Assembly: GCA_947085185.1 (NCBI GenBank)
Contig: CAMTVK010000016.1
Coordinates: 1 to 43,179 of the forward strand
DNA length: 43,179 bases
DNA from: Candidatus Fraserbacteria bacterium
GTDB taxonomy: Bacteria > Bipolaricaulota > Bipolaricaulia > RBG-16-55-9 > DRXL01
Direction of reading: 5' to 3'
A program made the translations under genes and the position numbers. Under the pieces are notes generated by a model. The model had not been told where the DNA came from, did not search any database, and was given only the letters and a program-made list of their open reading frames with translations. This document shows positions 10,128-19,481 of the stretch, piece by piece. The number at the start of each line of letters is the position of its first letter. Position 1 is the first letter of the stretch.

Positions 10128-10313
10128 ATGGGCAAGACCGCATGGAGAGCGAAGCTCGCGAAGCCGCCCAAGTTTGCCGCGCGGCGGTATAATAGATGTA
10201 GTCTCTGTGGGCGCCGCCGTGGGTATATACGAGACTTTGGGCTGTGTCGTCTGTGCTTTCGCTCCCTGGCGCACCAGGGGGAGCTCCCTGGTGTCCGGAA
10301 AGCCAGTTGGTAA
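10128..10313 (+). CDS. rpsN: 30S ribosomal protein S14, zinc-binding (type Z) form
   Basis: 61 aa, RCSLCGR...[20 protein letters not shown]. Confidence 0.98.
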   Translation: MGKTAWRAKLAKPPKFAARRYNRCSLCGRRRGYIRDFGLCRLCFRSLAHQGELPGVRKASW

Positions 10314-10337
10314 GATTTCTTGAGGAAAGGGAGACTT

Positions 10338-10730
10338 ATGGACACTATTGGGGATATGCTGACGAGCATTCGCAATGCTACGGAACGCCGCTTGAGTGAG
10401 GTACGGATCCCGCACTCGAACATCAAAGCGGAGATCGCCCGGATTCTCAAAGAAGAAGGGTTCATTGAGAGCTATCGTATTGAGGGGGAGAAGAAGCGTG
10501 ATCTTGTGATTACTCTAAAGTACAAGGGCAAGCGCGGCAAGGACCCGGTGATCGATGGTCTGGAGCGCGTTTCCAAGCCAGGACGACGCTTCTTCGTCAC
10601 AGTGAACGAGATCCCCAGAGTAAGAAGCGGTCTGGGAGTAGCGATCTTGAGCACTTCGCAAGGGATATTGACAGGCAAGCAAGCCCAAAAGAAGCGAGTC
10701 GGTGGAGAACTCCTGTGCAAGGTGTGGTAA
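10338..10730 (+). CDS. rpsH: 30S ribosomal protein S8
   Basis: DTIGDMLTSIRNA, ILKEEGFI, RVSKPGRR, GLGVAILSTSQG, GGELLCKVW. Confidence 0.99.
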   Translation: MDTIGDMLTSIRNATERRLSEVRIPHSNIKAEIARILKEEGFIESYRIEGEKKRDLVITLKYKGKRGKDPVIDGLERVSKPGRRFFVTVNEIPRVRSGLGVAILSTSQGILTGKQAQKKRVGGELLCKVW

Positions 10731-10733
10731 GCT

Positions 10734-11297
10734 ATGTCCAGAATTGGCAAGCAGCCCATTCCGGTCCCTAAGGACGTCAAGGTCGAGATTCTCGCGGATC
10801 GCGTCATTGTTGAGGGGAAAGCTGGCAAGCTCGTGCAGCGCTATGAGCCCCACTACGTGAGCGTGCAGATGGTAGATGGCACGTTGGTTGTGACGCGCAA
10901 GGGCGACGAGAAGGCATTCAAGGCGCGGCATGGGCTGTACAGGGCGTTGCTGGCCAATATGGTCCGAGGGGTGCAGCAGCCCTATACGAAGGTGTTACAG
11001 TTAGTAGGGTTGGGGTATCGTGCGAAGCTGGCGGGGAAGGATTTGATTTTGGAGATCGGGTTCCATAATCCCGTGACTTATACCTTGCCCGATCTGGTGA
11101 AAGCGGAAGTCAAAGACTCTACGGAGATCATCCTGACGAGCCCTGATAAGCAATTGGTGGGCGAGGTTGCTGCGGAGATTCGCAGCCTGCGCAAGCCGGA
11201 GCCCTATAAGGGCACGGGGATTCGCTACAAGGACGAGCAAATTCGGCGCAAGGAAGGCAAGCTCGCAGGTGGTGCCGGTGCGGCGAAGGCCGGGTGA
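10734..11297 (+). CDS. rplF: 50S ribosomal protein L6
   Basis: [40 protein letters not shown]. Confidence 0.99.
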   Translation: MSRIGKQPIPVPKDVKVEILADRVIVEGKAGKLVQRYEPHYVSVQMVDGTLVVTRKGDEKAFKARHGLYRALLANMVRGVQQPYTKVLQLVGLGYRAKLAGKDLILEIGFHNPVTYTLPDLVKAEVKDSTEIILTSPDKQLVGEVAAEIRSLRKPEPYKGTGIRYKDEQIRRKEGKLAGGAGAAKAG

Positions 11298-11302
11298 GGA
11301 CT

Positions 11303-11659
11303 ATGAGCGTGAAAAGTCGGTATGAGCGACTCAAGCGACGGCATCGGCGGGTGCGCCAGAAGGTCTTTGGGACGCCGGAGCGCCCGCGCCTGTGCGTGTA
11401 TAAGAGTTTAAAGCACTTGCACGCCCAAGTGATCGATGACGTGGCGGGACGGACGCTCTGCGCAGCGAGCACGCTTGAGAAAGGGCTCGCATTGAAGGGT
11501 GGCACGATACAAGCCGCTGCGGTCTTAGGCAAGGTGATCGCCGAGCGTGCTCAAGAGAAGGGGATTCGCACGGTGGTCTTCGACCGAGGCGGATATGCGT
11601 ATCATGGGGTTGTGAAGAGCTTTGCAGAGGCCAGTCGTAAGGCCGGGCTGCACTTTTGA
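11303..11659 (+). CDS. rplR: 50S ribosomal protein L18
   Basis: [32 protein letters not shown] (alternative GTG 11294). Confidence 0.98.
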   Translation: MSVKSRYERLKRRHRRVRQKVFGTPERPRLCVYKSLKHLHAQVIDDVAGRTLCAASTLEKGLALKGGTIQAAAVLGKVIAERAQEKGIRTVVFDRGGYAYHGVVKSFAEASRKAGLHF

Positions 11660-11671
11660 GGGAGGACACCT

Positions 11672-12184
11672 ATGGCACGGCAACGTGGCGAACGCAGGGT
11701 CACTGATGAGCTGAACAACGAGGTCATTGACCTGCGGCGCGTCGCAAAAGTTACGAAGGGTTCAAAGAACTTGAGCTTTCGCGCGACGGTCGTCGTCGGG
11801 GATGGGCATGGGCGCGTGGGATTGGGCAAGGGGAACACCCGCGAGGTGCCCTCGGCGATTCAGCAAGGCATTCGCGACGCCAAGCGCAATATGATCCAAG
11901 TCCCGCTCGTTGAAGACCGCACGATCCCCCATGAGATCTGGGGCGAGTTTAAGGCCTCGAGGGTCTTGCTCAAGCCGGCTTTCCCCGGCACGGGGATCAT
12001 CGCTGGGGGGACGGTGAGCACGATCTGTCGGCTCGCGGGGATTAAAGATATTTTGACGAAGGCCCAGGGGTCGACAAACCCCTTAACGTTAGCTAAGGCG
12101 ACCTTCAACGGGTTGAGCCGGCTGCGGACGCTCGAAGAAGTCGCCAGACGTCGGGATAAGAAGCCTGAGGAGGTCTTGCAGTGA
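11672..12184 (+). CDS. rpsE: 30S ribosomal protein S5
   Basis: RVAKVTKG, VVVGDGHGRVGLGKG, EVPSAI, LLKPAFPGTGIIAGG. Confidence 0.98.
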   Translation: MARQRGERRVTDELNNEVIDLRRVAKVTKGSKNLSFRATVVVGDGHGRVGLGKGNTREVPSAIQQGIRDAKRNMIQVPLVEDRTIPHEIWGEFKASRVLLKPAFPGTGIIAGGTVSTICRLAGIKDILTKAQGSTNPLTLAKATFNGLSRLRTLEEVARRRDKKPEEVLQ

Positions 12185-12663
12185 AGTTGAGCGATCTGCG
12201 TCCCGTGCCTGGGAGTGTGCGCAAGCCCAAACGCGTCGGTCGAGGCAACGCTTCGGGGCATGGGACTTATTCGACGCGTGGGGGCAAGGGCCAGACGGCC
12301 CGTTCAGGGTATCGGATGCCGCCGGCGTTCGAGGGCGGCCAGACGCCTCTGTGGAAGCGCGTGCCCAAGAGGGGATTCAAGAACCCCCAGAGAAAACGTT
12401 ACGCGTTCGTCAATGTCGGCCAATTGAATGAGCGTTTCGCCGACGGTGCGGAGATCACCCCAAAAATTCTTGAAGAGCGCGGGTTGGTTCAGAAATTCTT
12501 GAGCGGTGTGAAGATTTTAGGGGACGGCCCCCTCTCAAAGAGACTGATCGTCAAAGCGCATAAATTCAGCAAGAGCGCACGAGAGAAGATCCTTGCGGCA
12601 GGAGGACAGGCTATCGCTCTTCTCCAGACGCCAAAGAAATCCCAAGGCAAGCCAGGGAAGTGA
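12181..12663 (+). CDS. rplO: 50S ribosomal protein L15
   Basis: KRVGRG..SGHG...TRGGKGQTARSG, FEGGQTPL, PKRGF, VKILGDG. Confidence 0.99.
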   Translation: MKLSDLRPVPGSVRKPKRVGRGNASGHGTYSTRGGKGQTARSGYRMPPAFEGGQTPLWKRVPKRGFKNPQRKRYAFVNVGQLNERFADGAEITPKILEERGLVQKFLSGVKILGDGPLSKRLIVKAHKFSKSAREKILAAGGQAIALLQTPKKSQGKPGK

Positions 12664-12666
12664 GCT

Positions 12667-14349
12667 ATGACTGAGGGGTTGTTTGAGGCATTCCGAATTC
12701 CTGAGGTGCGGAAGCGTATTCTCTTTACGCTGTGGGTCATCATTGTCTTTCGCTTGGGGGCGTGGATTCCTGTGCCGGGGGTAGACCCCCAGCAGATCCA
12801 GGGGATATTTCAGCAATTGGGGCAGCTTGGGCAGTTCTTGAGCGCGTTCACCGGGGGAGCGCTGGAACGCTTCTCGATCTTCGCGTTGGGAGTTATCCCC
12901 TATATTAACGCTTCGATTATTTTGAGCTTATTAGTTGCGGTCATCCCCAAACTCAAAGAGCTCCAAGAGCAAGGGGAAGAGGGCCGCCGCGTCATCAATA
13001 AGATCACGCGCTACGCTACGGTGGGGCTCGCGCTCGTTCAAGCCGCAGGGACAAGCTATCTCATCTATTCTCAGGGGTTGGTGCAAGCGGGCCAGAGCTT
13101 TCTCGGGTTTATGTTTATCTCTATTGTGGCGCTCACGACCGGGACGATGTTTCTCATGTGGCTTGGGGAGCGCCTCACCGAGAACGGCATTGGGCGCGGC
13201 ATCTCGATGCTCATCATGGTCGGGATCTTAGCGGAATATCCGCGATTCTTTGGCACCCTGTGGGTCGAGATCACTAATAATCCCAATCCCATGAACGCCC
13301 TATGGTTGCCGCTGCTTGTGGGGATATACGTCTTAGTTACAGCAGGTATAGTGATGGTGCAGCTTGGGGCGCGACGCATTGATATTCAGTACGCCAAGCG
13401 CATGGTCAAGGGGCGCGTCTACGGCGGCCACAGCACGTTCTTGCCCTTGCAAGTCAATCAAGGGGGCGTGATCCCCATTATCTTCGCGGTAGCTCTGTTG
13501 GCTATCCCCCAGACGATCTTTCAGTTTGCCGAGCGCACCGATTGGTGGGTCAATATGACTGCCGAGCGGCGCATCGTGCTCGAAATATCTGGAGAGAGCC
13601 AAGAGGGGGATCTCTTCATGGACGTAGACGGGCAACTGGTGCAGATCTCGCTCTCTGGGAAGCAGACGAGCGAGCAAATCGCGAAAGCGATCGCTGATGC
13701 GCTCAACCGCCAGAAGCCCGACTCGGCTCAGACACACAGCAGCCATGTGATCATCCCCGTCGAACCCAATCGAGCCCCCGAGAATCCGAAGAGAATCTCA
13801 GTGGGAGAGACGGCTGACAAGCTGATAGCTCTCAATGGAGTAGGCCAAAGTGCTGTCGTGCGCGGCATCACGTTTGTCCGAGCTTCCGGCCGTGATTGGC
13901 TGAACGTCGCCGGCGATCTCTTAAACTGGATAGCCCTAGACTTATCTCGTGGGTACTCGCTGTATATGCTGTTGAGTGCGATCTTGATCTTCTTCTTCAC
14001 GTATTTTTACAGCGCGATTGTCTTCAATCCCCGCGATCTTGCGGAGAATTTGCGCAAGTGGGGCGGGTTTGTGCCGGGGATTCGTCCGGGCAAGCCCACG
14101 GCAGATTTCATCGAATCTGTTCAGAGCAGACTGCTGTTCCTTGGTGCGGTCTTCTTGATTATCATTGCGCTCTTGCCTATGATCATCACGAACATCAGCG
14201 GGTTGACGGCGTTCTTCTTGGGGGGCACCTCGCTGCTCATCGTCGTGGGCGTCGGTGTCGATACGATCAAGCAGATCGAGGCGCACATGGTGGAACGCCG
14301 CTACGAGAGCTTGATCTCCAAGGGCGCAACCCTGGGGCGGCGGATCTGA
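12667..14349 (+). CDS. secY: preprotein translocase subunit SecY with a large loop insertion
   Basis: SIFALGVIPYINASII, WLGERLTENGIGRGISMLI, GVIPIIFA, GFVPGIRPG, GGTSLLIVVGV; 560 aa. Confidence 0.98.
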   Translation: MTEGLFEAFRIPEVRKRILFTLWVIIVFRLGAWIPVPGVDPQQIQGIFQQLGQLGQFLSAFTGGALERFSIFALGVIPYINASIILSLLVAVIPKLKELQEQGEEGRRVINKITRYATVGLALVQAAGTSYLIYSQGLVQAGQSFLGFMFISIVALTTGTMFLMWLGERLTENGIGRGISMLIMVGILAEYPRFFGTLWVEITNNPNPMNALWLPLLVGIYVLVTAGIVMVQLGARRIDIQYAKRMVKGRVYGGHSTFLPLQVNQGGVIPIIFAVALLAIPQTIFQFAERTDWWVNMTAERRIVLEISGESQEGDLFMDVDGQLVQISLSGKQTSEQIAKAIADALNRQKPDSAQTHSSHVIIPVEPNRAPENPKRISVGETADKLIALNGVGQSAVVRGITFVRASGRDWLNVAGDLLNWIALDLSRGYSLYMLLSAILIFFFTYFYSAIVFNPRDLAENLRKWGGFVPGIRPGKPTADFIESVQSRLLFLGAVFLIIIALLPMIITNISGLTAFFLGGTSLLIVVGVGVDTIKQIEAHMVERRYESLISKGATLGRRI

Positions 14350-14353
14350 TACT

Positions 14354-14983
14354 ATGGGTGCGCGGCGGATCGTGCTCTTAGGCCCTCCGGGATCGGGCAA
14401 GGGAACCCAAGCGGTGCGTCTGGCGGAGTCGCTCGGCGTGCCCCATATCTCGACAGGCGATCTGTTGCGCAGCGAAGTGCAAGCGCGCACCCCCTTGGGA
14501 CTCCAAGCTCAACGCTTTATGGACAAGGGCGAGCTTGTGCCAGATCACGTGGTCGCAGAGATGATCAAGAATCGAGTGCAGGGAGCGACGGGCTTCGTGC
14601 TCGATGGTTTCCCAAGGACCCTCAAACAGGCACAGATCTTAGAGAGCGTCACGCCTGTAGATCGGGTCTTGCACTTTCGGTTGGACCGTGCTGAGGTCAT
14701 TCGGCGGTTGAGCGCAAGGCGCGTCTGTCCAAGCTGTGGGCGCGTCTATAATCTGATCTCCAGCCCGCCCCAGCAAGATACTCAGTGTGACGCATGTGGA
14801 GTCGCATTGGTGCAACGCTCTGACGATACCCCGGAAGTGATCCAAACGCGTATCGACGTGCAGTATGCTCGCGAGATCGAATCTATGCTCAAGTTCTATA
14901 GCGCACGCAGCGTGCTCCGCGAGATTGACGCTCACGGGGACATTGAGACGGTCTATCGTGCGGCCCGAAAGGCTCTGGAGTGA
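14354..14983 (+). CDS. adk: adenylate kinase (Zn-LID type)
   Basis: GPPGSGKGTQA, HISTGDLLR, LDGFPRT, CPSC...CDAC, RSDD. Confidence 0.98.
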   Translation: MGARRIVLLGPPGSGKGTQAVRLAESLGVPHISTGDLLRSEVQARTPLGLQAQRFMDKGELVPDHVVAEMIKNRVQGATGFVLDGFPRTLKQAQILESVTPVDRVLHFRLDRAEVIRRLSARRVCPSCGRVYNLISSPPQQDTQCDACGVALVQRSDDTPEVIQTRIDVQYAREIESMLKFYSARSVLREIDAHGDIETVYRAARKALE

Positions 14984-14985
14984 CT

Positions 14986-15804
14986 ATGGCAATCAAGATC
15001 AAGAGCGCAGCAGAAATCGCGATCTTGCGAGAGAACGCGAAGATCTTGCAAGAGATCTTAGGGCGATTGGTTGAAGAGGCCCGTGCAGGTGTTTCCACTC
15101 TGTATTTAGACAGACTCGCGGAGCGCTTGATCGTCGAGGTCGGCGGCCAGCCGGCTTTCAAGGGGTATCGCGTGGGCCCCTATATATATCCGGCGAATAT
15201 CTGCGCATCGCTCGACGCTGAGGTCGTGCATGGCATCCCGCGGGCTGAGAGAATTCTCAAGCCCGGCGATGTGCTCTCTCTCGATATTGGCATGATCCGT
15301 CGAGGATTTTGCGCAGATCTGGCTACAACTGTTATTATTGAAGATACCCCACGCTCGCCGCAGGACTCTCAGGTCGTGCGTGTCGCCGAAGCGGCCCTAT
15401 GGAAGGGCATAGAAGCGGCGCGCGGAGGGCAGCGCGTGGGCGATATCTCCCACGCGATTCAGCGCTATGTCAACGAGCATGGACTGTCGGTGGTCACGAA
15501 TTTCGTCGGGCATGGAATCGGCCGCCAGATGCACGAGGAGCCCCAAGTGCCCAATTACGGCTCTGCCGGGCAAGGGCCGTTGCTGCGAGAGGGCATGGTC
15601 ATCTGTATCGAGCCGATGGTAGCCAACAGCACCAAAGATTTGATCGAGATCGAAGTGCAAGAAGATAACTGGACGGCGGTCGCGCCGGGAGCGACGGTGG
15701 CCGCGCATTTTGAAGCGATGGTTGTCATACGCGAGAATGCCCCTCCCGACGTCCTCGGGATAGGGATATTCGAACGAGTCGGTGTCCCTGTTGTGCAGAG
15801 GTGA
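14986..15804 (+). CDS. map: methionine aminopeptidase type I
   Basis: VVHGIP, SLDIG, ADLATT, GHGIGRQMHEEP, CIEPM, AHFE. Confidence 0.97.
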   Translation: MAIKIKSAAEIAILRENAKILQEILGRLVEEARAGVSTLYLDRLAERLIVEVGGQPAFKGYRVGPYIYPANICASLDAEVVHGIPRAERILKPGDVLSLDIGMIRRGFCADLATTVIIEDTPRSPQDSQVVRVAEAALWKGIEAARGGQRVGDISHAIQRYVNEHGLSVVTNFVGHGIGRQMHEEPQVPNYGSAGQGPLLREGMVICIEPMVANSTKDLIEIEVQEDNWTAVAPGATVAAHFEAMVVIRENAPPDVLGIGIFERVGVPVVQR

Positions 15805-15811
15805 GCGACTT

Positions 15812-16027
15812 ATTGGCAAGGGTGAGTTCATTAAGCGCCGTGGCGAGGTGATTGAGGCGTACCCAGGTTCGATGTTCCGTGTGCGGTTTGAGGACGGCAC
15901 CGAGGCGTTTTGTCACATCTCCGGGCGGATTCGCAAGCACTATATAAAAATCCTCCCCGGAGACAAAGTGACCGTGGAATTCTCGCCGTATGATCTCAGT
16001 CATGGTCGGATTATCTATCGCGAGTAA
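15812..16027 (+). CDS. infA: translation initiation factor IF-1 (probable ATT start)
   Basis: GEVIEAYPGSMFRV, HISGRIRKHYIKILPGDKVTVEFSPYDLSHGRIIYR; SD GAGGTGA 7 nt before the in-frame ATT. Confidence 0.95.
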   Translation: MGKGEFIKRRGEVIEAYPGSMFRVRFEDGTEAFCHISGRIRKHYIKILPGDKVTVEFSPYDLSHGRIIYRE

Positions 16028-16050
16028 GGGGAGCGTGAGGTGACCCCACG

Positions 16051-16167
16051 ATGAAAGTGCGGAGTTCCGTGAGAAAGATCTGTGATTCGTGTAAGATTGT
16101 GCGCCGTCGTGGGCGCGTCATGGTTATTTGTAAGAACCCCAAGCATAAGCAGCGCCAGGGGTGCTAG
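16051..16167 (+). CDS. rpmJ: 50S ribosomal protein L36 (Zn-ribbon form)
   Basis: Manual translation [38 protein letters not shown]; too short for the ORF track; SD GAGGTGA. Confidence 0.98.
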   Translation: MKVRSSVRKICDSCKIVRRRGRVMVICKNPKHKQRQGC

Positions 16168-16182
16168 AGAGGAGAGTGTTCT

Positions 16183-16551
16183 ATGGCAAGGATCGCCGGG
16201 GTAGATTTGCCCAGCAACAAGCGCGTTGATATCGCGCTCACGTATATCTATGGGATTGGGCAACCGTTGTCGCGACGCATCTTGCAGCAGACGAAGATCG
16301 CTCTGGACAAGAAGGTGCGCGACCTGACAGAACAAGAGATTACAGCTCTGCGCAAAGAGATCGAGACGAAATATCAAGTTGAGGGTGATTTGCGCAGGAA
16401 GGTCCAGAACGATATCGCTCGGTTGAAGATGATCAAATGTTATCGTGGAGTGCGTCATACGGTGGGGTTGCCGGTGCGTGGCCAGAAGACGCGCAGCAAC
16501 GCCCGAACATGGAAGGGCCCGCGTCCGGCCAAGGCCGGCAAGCGCAAGTGA
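16183..16551 (+). CDS. rpsM: 30S ribosomal protein S13
   Basis: [41 protein letters not shown]. Confidence 0.99.
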   Translation: MARIAGVDLPSNKRVDIALTYIYGIGQPLSRRILQQTKIALDKKVRDLTEQEITALRKEIETKYQVEGDLRRKVQNDIARLKMIKCYRGVRHTVGLPVRGQKTRSNARTWKGPRPAKAGKRK

Positions 16552-16566
16552 GAGCGAGGTGATCCT

Positions 16567-16911
16567 GTGGCTCGCAAAGTCGATCGCGCGCGACTCCATG
16601 TGCATTCGACGTTCAACAATACGATCCTGACGCTGACGGATTTAGATGGGCACGTCTTGGCGTGGGCCAGCCCTGGCACACGCGGCTTCAAGGGCAGCAA
16701 GAAGGGCACTCCCTACGCAGCCCAGCTGGCCTGTGAATCCTTGATCGCCAAGATGCGCGAATTTGGGGTTCGTTCGTTGATCGTCACGATCAACGGGACG
16801 GGCCAGGGGCGAAACGCTGTGGTGAACACGCTTAAGGGGTCTGGCATTCGCGTGGAAGATGTCAAGAACGTCACCCCGGTATCACATAGCACTGAACCTC
16901 ACATACACTGA
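16567..16911 (+). CDS. rpsK: 30S ribosomal protein S11 (shortened C-terminal tail)
   Basis: [36 protein letters not shown]. Confidence 0.97.
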   Translation: MARKVDRARLHVHSTFNNTILTLTDLDGHVLAWASPGTRGFKGSKKGTPYAAQLACESLIAKMREFGVRSLIVTINGTGQGRNAVVNTLKGSGIRVEDVKNVTPVSHSTEPHIH

Positions 16912-16940
16912 GAGATCACAAAACTAAGAGCTGGAGGAAT

Positions 16941-17561
16941 ATGGGACGCTATACAGAAGCCAAATGCAGACTGTGCCGACGTGAGGGCGAAAAGCTCTTT
17001 CTCAAGGGCGACAAGTGCTATAGCGAAAAATGCCCTGTAGAGCGCCGGCCCTACGCGCCGGGGATGCACCAGCGCAAGTTCGGCAAGATGAGCCAGTACG
17101 GGATTCACTTGCGGGAGAAGCAGAAGGTGAAGCGCATCTACGGGCTGCGCGAGGAGCAGTTCCGGCGCTATGTCGAGCGGGCCAAGCGCGTCAAGGGTGT
17201 CACCGGTGATTTTTTGCTGGAGCTGTTAGAGCGTCGGCTGGACAATATCGTCTATCGTGCGGGCTTGGCGGTATCGCGAGATCAGGCTCGCCAACTGGTG
17301 ACACACGGACACTTTTCGGTGAACGACCGGAGCGTCAACATGCCGTCGTTCTTGGTGCGCCCCGGGGACGTGATCACGCTCAAGCCCAACTCGGCCCAGA
17401 AACCCGGTATCAAAGCCCTGGTCGAGGCGAAAGGTCGAGCGTCTCTGCCCACGTGGTTAGAGCGCACCGATGGGCAGGTTCGGATCTTGGATCACCCCAA
17501 GGTCGATGAGCTGGAGCACAAGTTGCAGATGCACTTGATCGTCGAGTTCTACTCACGGTAA
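16941..17561 (+). CDS. rpsD: 30S ribosomal protein S4 (Zn-binding N-terminus)
   Basis: [55 protein letters not shown]. Confidence 0.99.
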   Translation: MGRYTEAKCRLCRREGEKLFLKGDKCYSEKCPVERRPYAPGMHQRKFGKMSQYGIHLREKQKVKRIYGLREEQFRRYVERAKRVKGVTGDFLLELLERRLDNIVYRAGLAVSRDQARQLVTHGHFSVNDRSVNMPSFLVRPGDVITLKPNSAQKPGIKALVEAKGRASLPTWLERTDGQVRILDHPKVDELEHKLQMHLIVEFYSR

Positions 17562-17573
17562 GCGAGGGGGAAT

Positions 17574-18500
17574 ATGCGAGCAGAGCTAGTGAAGCCGAAG
17601 ATCCGAGTGGACGAGCTGACGCCCACCCGAGGCGTCTTCGTGGTCGAGCCACTGGAGCGCGGCTATGGTACGACGCTGGGGAATGCGATGCGGCGAGTTC
17701 TGCTCTCTTCTATTCCGGGAGCAGCGGTTACCCGGGTCCGCTTCGATGGAAAGTACCACGAGTACGATACGATCGAGGGCGTCAAAGAGAGCGTGCTCGA
17801 GATCATTCTCAATCTCAAGGAGATCGCGTTCCGGTTGACCGACGGTGAGCCGAAGCACGTGTATATTCAGTACGAGGGCGAAGGGGTACTCACCGCTGGG
17901 GATATGGAGCTGCCCCAGGGCCTGGAAGTGATGAACCCCGACCATGTGATCGCCACGGTAGCTCAGAACGGCAAGCTGGTGCTGGATATGGAGGTCGAGC
18001 CAGGGGTGGGCTATCGTCCTGCGGAACGCAACAAGAAGGGCGATATGCCCCTGGGGATTATCGCCGTAGATTCAGATTTTTCGCCAGTGAAGCGCGTGAA
18101 TTTCACGGTGGAGCCGACGCGCGTGGGCGAGCGCACCGATTACGACCGCCTCACTCTTGTGGTGGAGACGAACGGCGGTGTCCGCCCCGATGAGGCGCTC
18201 CAACAGGCCTCGCAGATATTGATCGAACACTTTGAGCTGTTTACCCTGCCGGTCGGCGCGGCGGAATCGGCGGTCGTCGAGCCTGAAGAGCTCTCCAAGC
18301 GCTTGGAAGAGCTCGACTTTGACAAGCGCGCGTGCAATCTCTTAGAGAACAAAGGCGTCATTACGCTCAAAGATCTGCTGCAGAAGTCTCATGAGGAACT
18401 GAAGGATATTCACGGCTTTGGCGACAAGACTTTACAGAAAGTGATCGAGCGTGTGGAAGAGCTTGGATATCAGCTCAAAAGCTCAGTCAAACGGAGTTGA
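17574..18500 (+). CDS. rpoA: RNA polymerase alpha subunit
   Basis: EPLERGYGTTLGNAMRRVLLSSIPGAA, HEYDTIEGVKE, DSDFSPV, RTDYDRL. Confidence 0.99.
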   Translation: MRAELVKPKIRVDELTPTRGVFVVEPLERGYGTTLGNAMRRVLLSSIPGAAVTRVRFDGKYHEYDTIEGVKESVLEIILNLKEIAFRLTDGEPKHVYIQYEGEGVLTAGDMELPQGLEVMNPDHVIATVAQNGKLVLDMEVEPGVGYRPAERNKKGDMPLGIIAVDSDFSPVKRVNFTVEPTRVGERTDYDRLTLVVETNGGVRPDEALQQASQILIEHFELFTLPVGAAESAVVEPEELSKRLEELDFDKRACNLLENKGVITLKDLLQKSHEELKDIHGFGDKTLQKVIERVEELGYQLKSSVKRS

Positions 18501-18506
18501 AGACCT

Positions 18507-18860
18507 ATGTGGCACCGGAAGAAATTTCGCAAGCTCAATCGAGATCCGCAGCATCGGAAGGCGCTCTTGGCCAATCTCGTCAAAGAGCTGATTGACCATG
18601 GCAAGGTGGACACAACGGTAGCGCGAGCCAAGGAGAGTGCGCGGCTCGCGGAACGCTTAGTGACGTGGGCCAAGCGCAACGACCTGCGCGCGCGACGCTT
18701 GGCGTTTGCCGTGCTGCAGGACCCGGCGTTGACCGACAAGCTCTTCACTGAGCTGGGGCCGAAATTTCAAGGGCGTGCCGGCGGCTACACGCGCGTGGTG
18801 AAGCTGCCGCCGCGCCAGGGCGATGGGGCAGACCTCGCACGGTTGATGTGGGTGAGCTGA
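18507..18860 (+). CDS. rplQ: 50S ribosomal protein L17
   Basis: RKLNR...HRKALLANL, TTVARAKE, GGYTRVVKL..RQGDGA. Confidence 0.98.
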   Translation: MWHRKKFRKLNRDPQHRKALLANLVKELIDHGKVDTTVARAKESARLAERLVTWAKRNDLRARRLAFAVLQDPALTDKLFTELGPKFQGRAGGYTRVVKLPPRQGDGADLARLMWVS

Positions 18861-19441
18861 GACTCTCGGCCATCGTCTTAGCAGGAGGAGCTTCTCACCG
18901 CATGGGGCGCGACAAAGCGCTCTTGCCTTGGCACGGCCGTACCCTCATCGAACATATCGTTGCTTCTCTTAAAGAAGTGAGCGACGATGTCCTCGTCACC
19001 ACAGGCGCAGAGAAGCGCTATGGCGATCTCTTGGATGTGTCCATCTTTGCTGACGAGATCCCCCACAAGGGGCCGATGGGGGGGCTGTACACGGGCCTCA
19101 GGCACGCGCGGTATGAATACAGTTTCGCCGTGGCGTGCGATATGCCCCTTCTCGAAAAGACTATTTTAGATCTGCTCAAGAGAGAGTTAGACGATTCGGT
19201 CAAGCTCGTCGTTCCCCAGGTGCGCGCGCGTCGCGTGCCGACGCTCGCGATCTATCACAGGGAGTGTCTGTCGGTGATAGAGCTTCTGCTCGCGCAAGGG
19301 CGCTCTTCTTTACAGGCGCTCATTGACTCTGTCCCTGCCAAGACAATTCCAGAAGCGCAGCTGCGCGAGATCGATCCCGAGCTCCGCTCGTTCATCAATG
19401 TGAATACTCTGAGAGATTGGGGAAAGCTTGTCAGTTCTTAG
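18848..19441 (+). CDS. mobA: molybdenum cofactor guanylyltransferase
   Basis: IVLAGGASHRMGRDKALL, GPMGGLYTGL, VACDMP, SFINVNT. Confidence 0.9.
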   Translation: MGELRLSAIVLAGGASHRMGRDKALLPWHGRTLIEHIVASLKEVSDDVLVTTGAEKRYGDLLDVSIFADEIPHKGPMGGLYTGLRHARYEYSFAVACDMPLLEKTILDLLKRELDDSVKLVVPQVRARRVPTLAIYHRECLSVIELLLAQGRSSLQALIDSVPAKTIPEAQLREIDPELRSFINVNTLRDWGKLVSS

Positions 19442-19470
19442 TTGTCGGCCCTCCGATGCTGTGCTATCAT
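19442..19470 (+). promoter_or_regulatory. probable mutS promoter
   Basis: TTGTCG-17-TATCAT with an extended -10 TG, ending 11 nt before ATG 19482. Confidence 0.6.
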
Positions 19471-19481
19471 CAAAGGGCGCT

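Noticed and set aside
13531..13890. SecY insert as an intein or intron
   Set aside because: No Cys/Ser start with a His-Asn end before Cys/Ser/Thr, no homing-endonuclease motif, and the frame is continuous.
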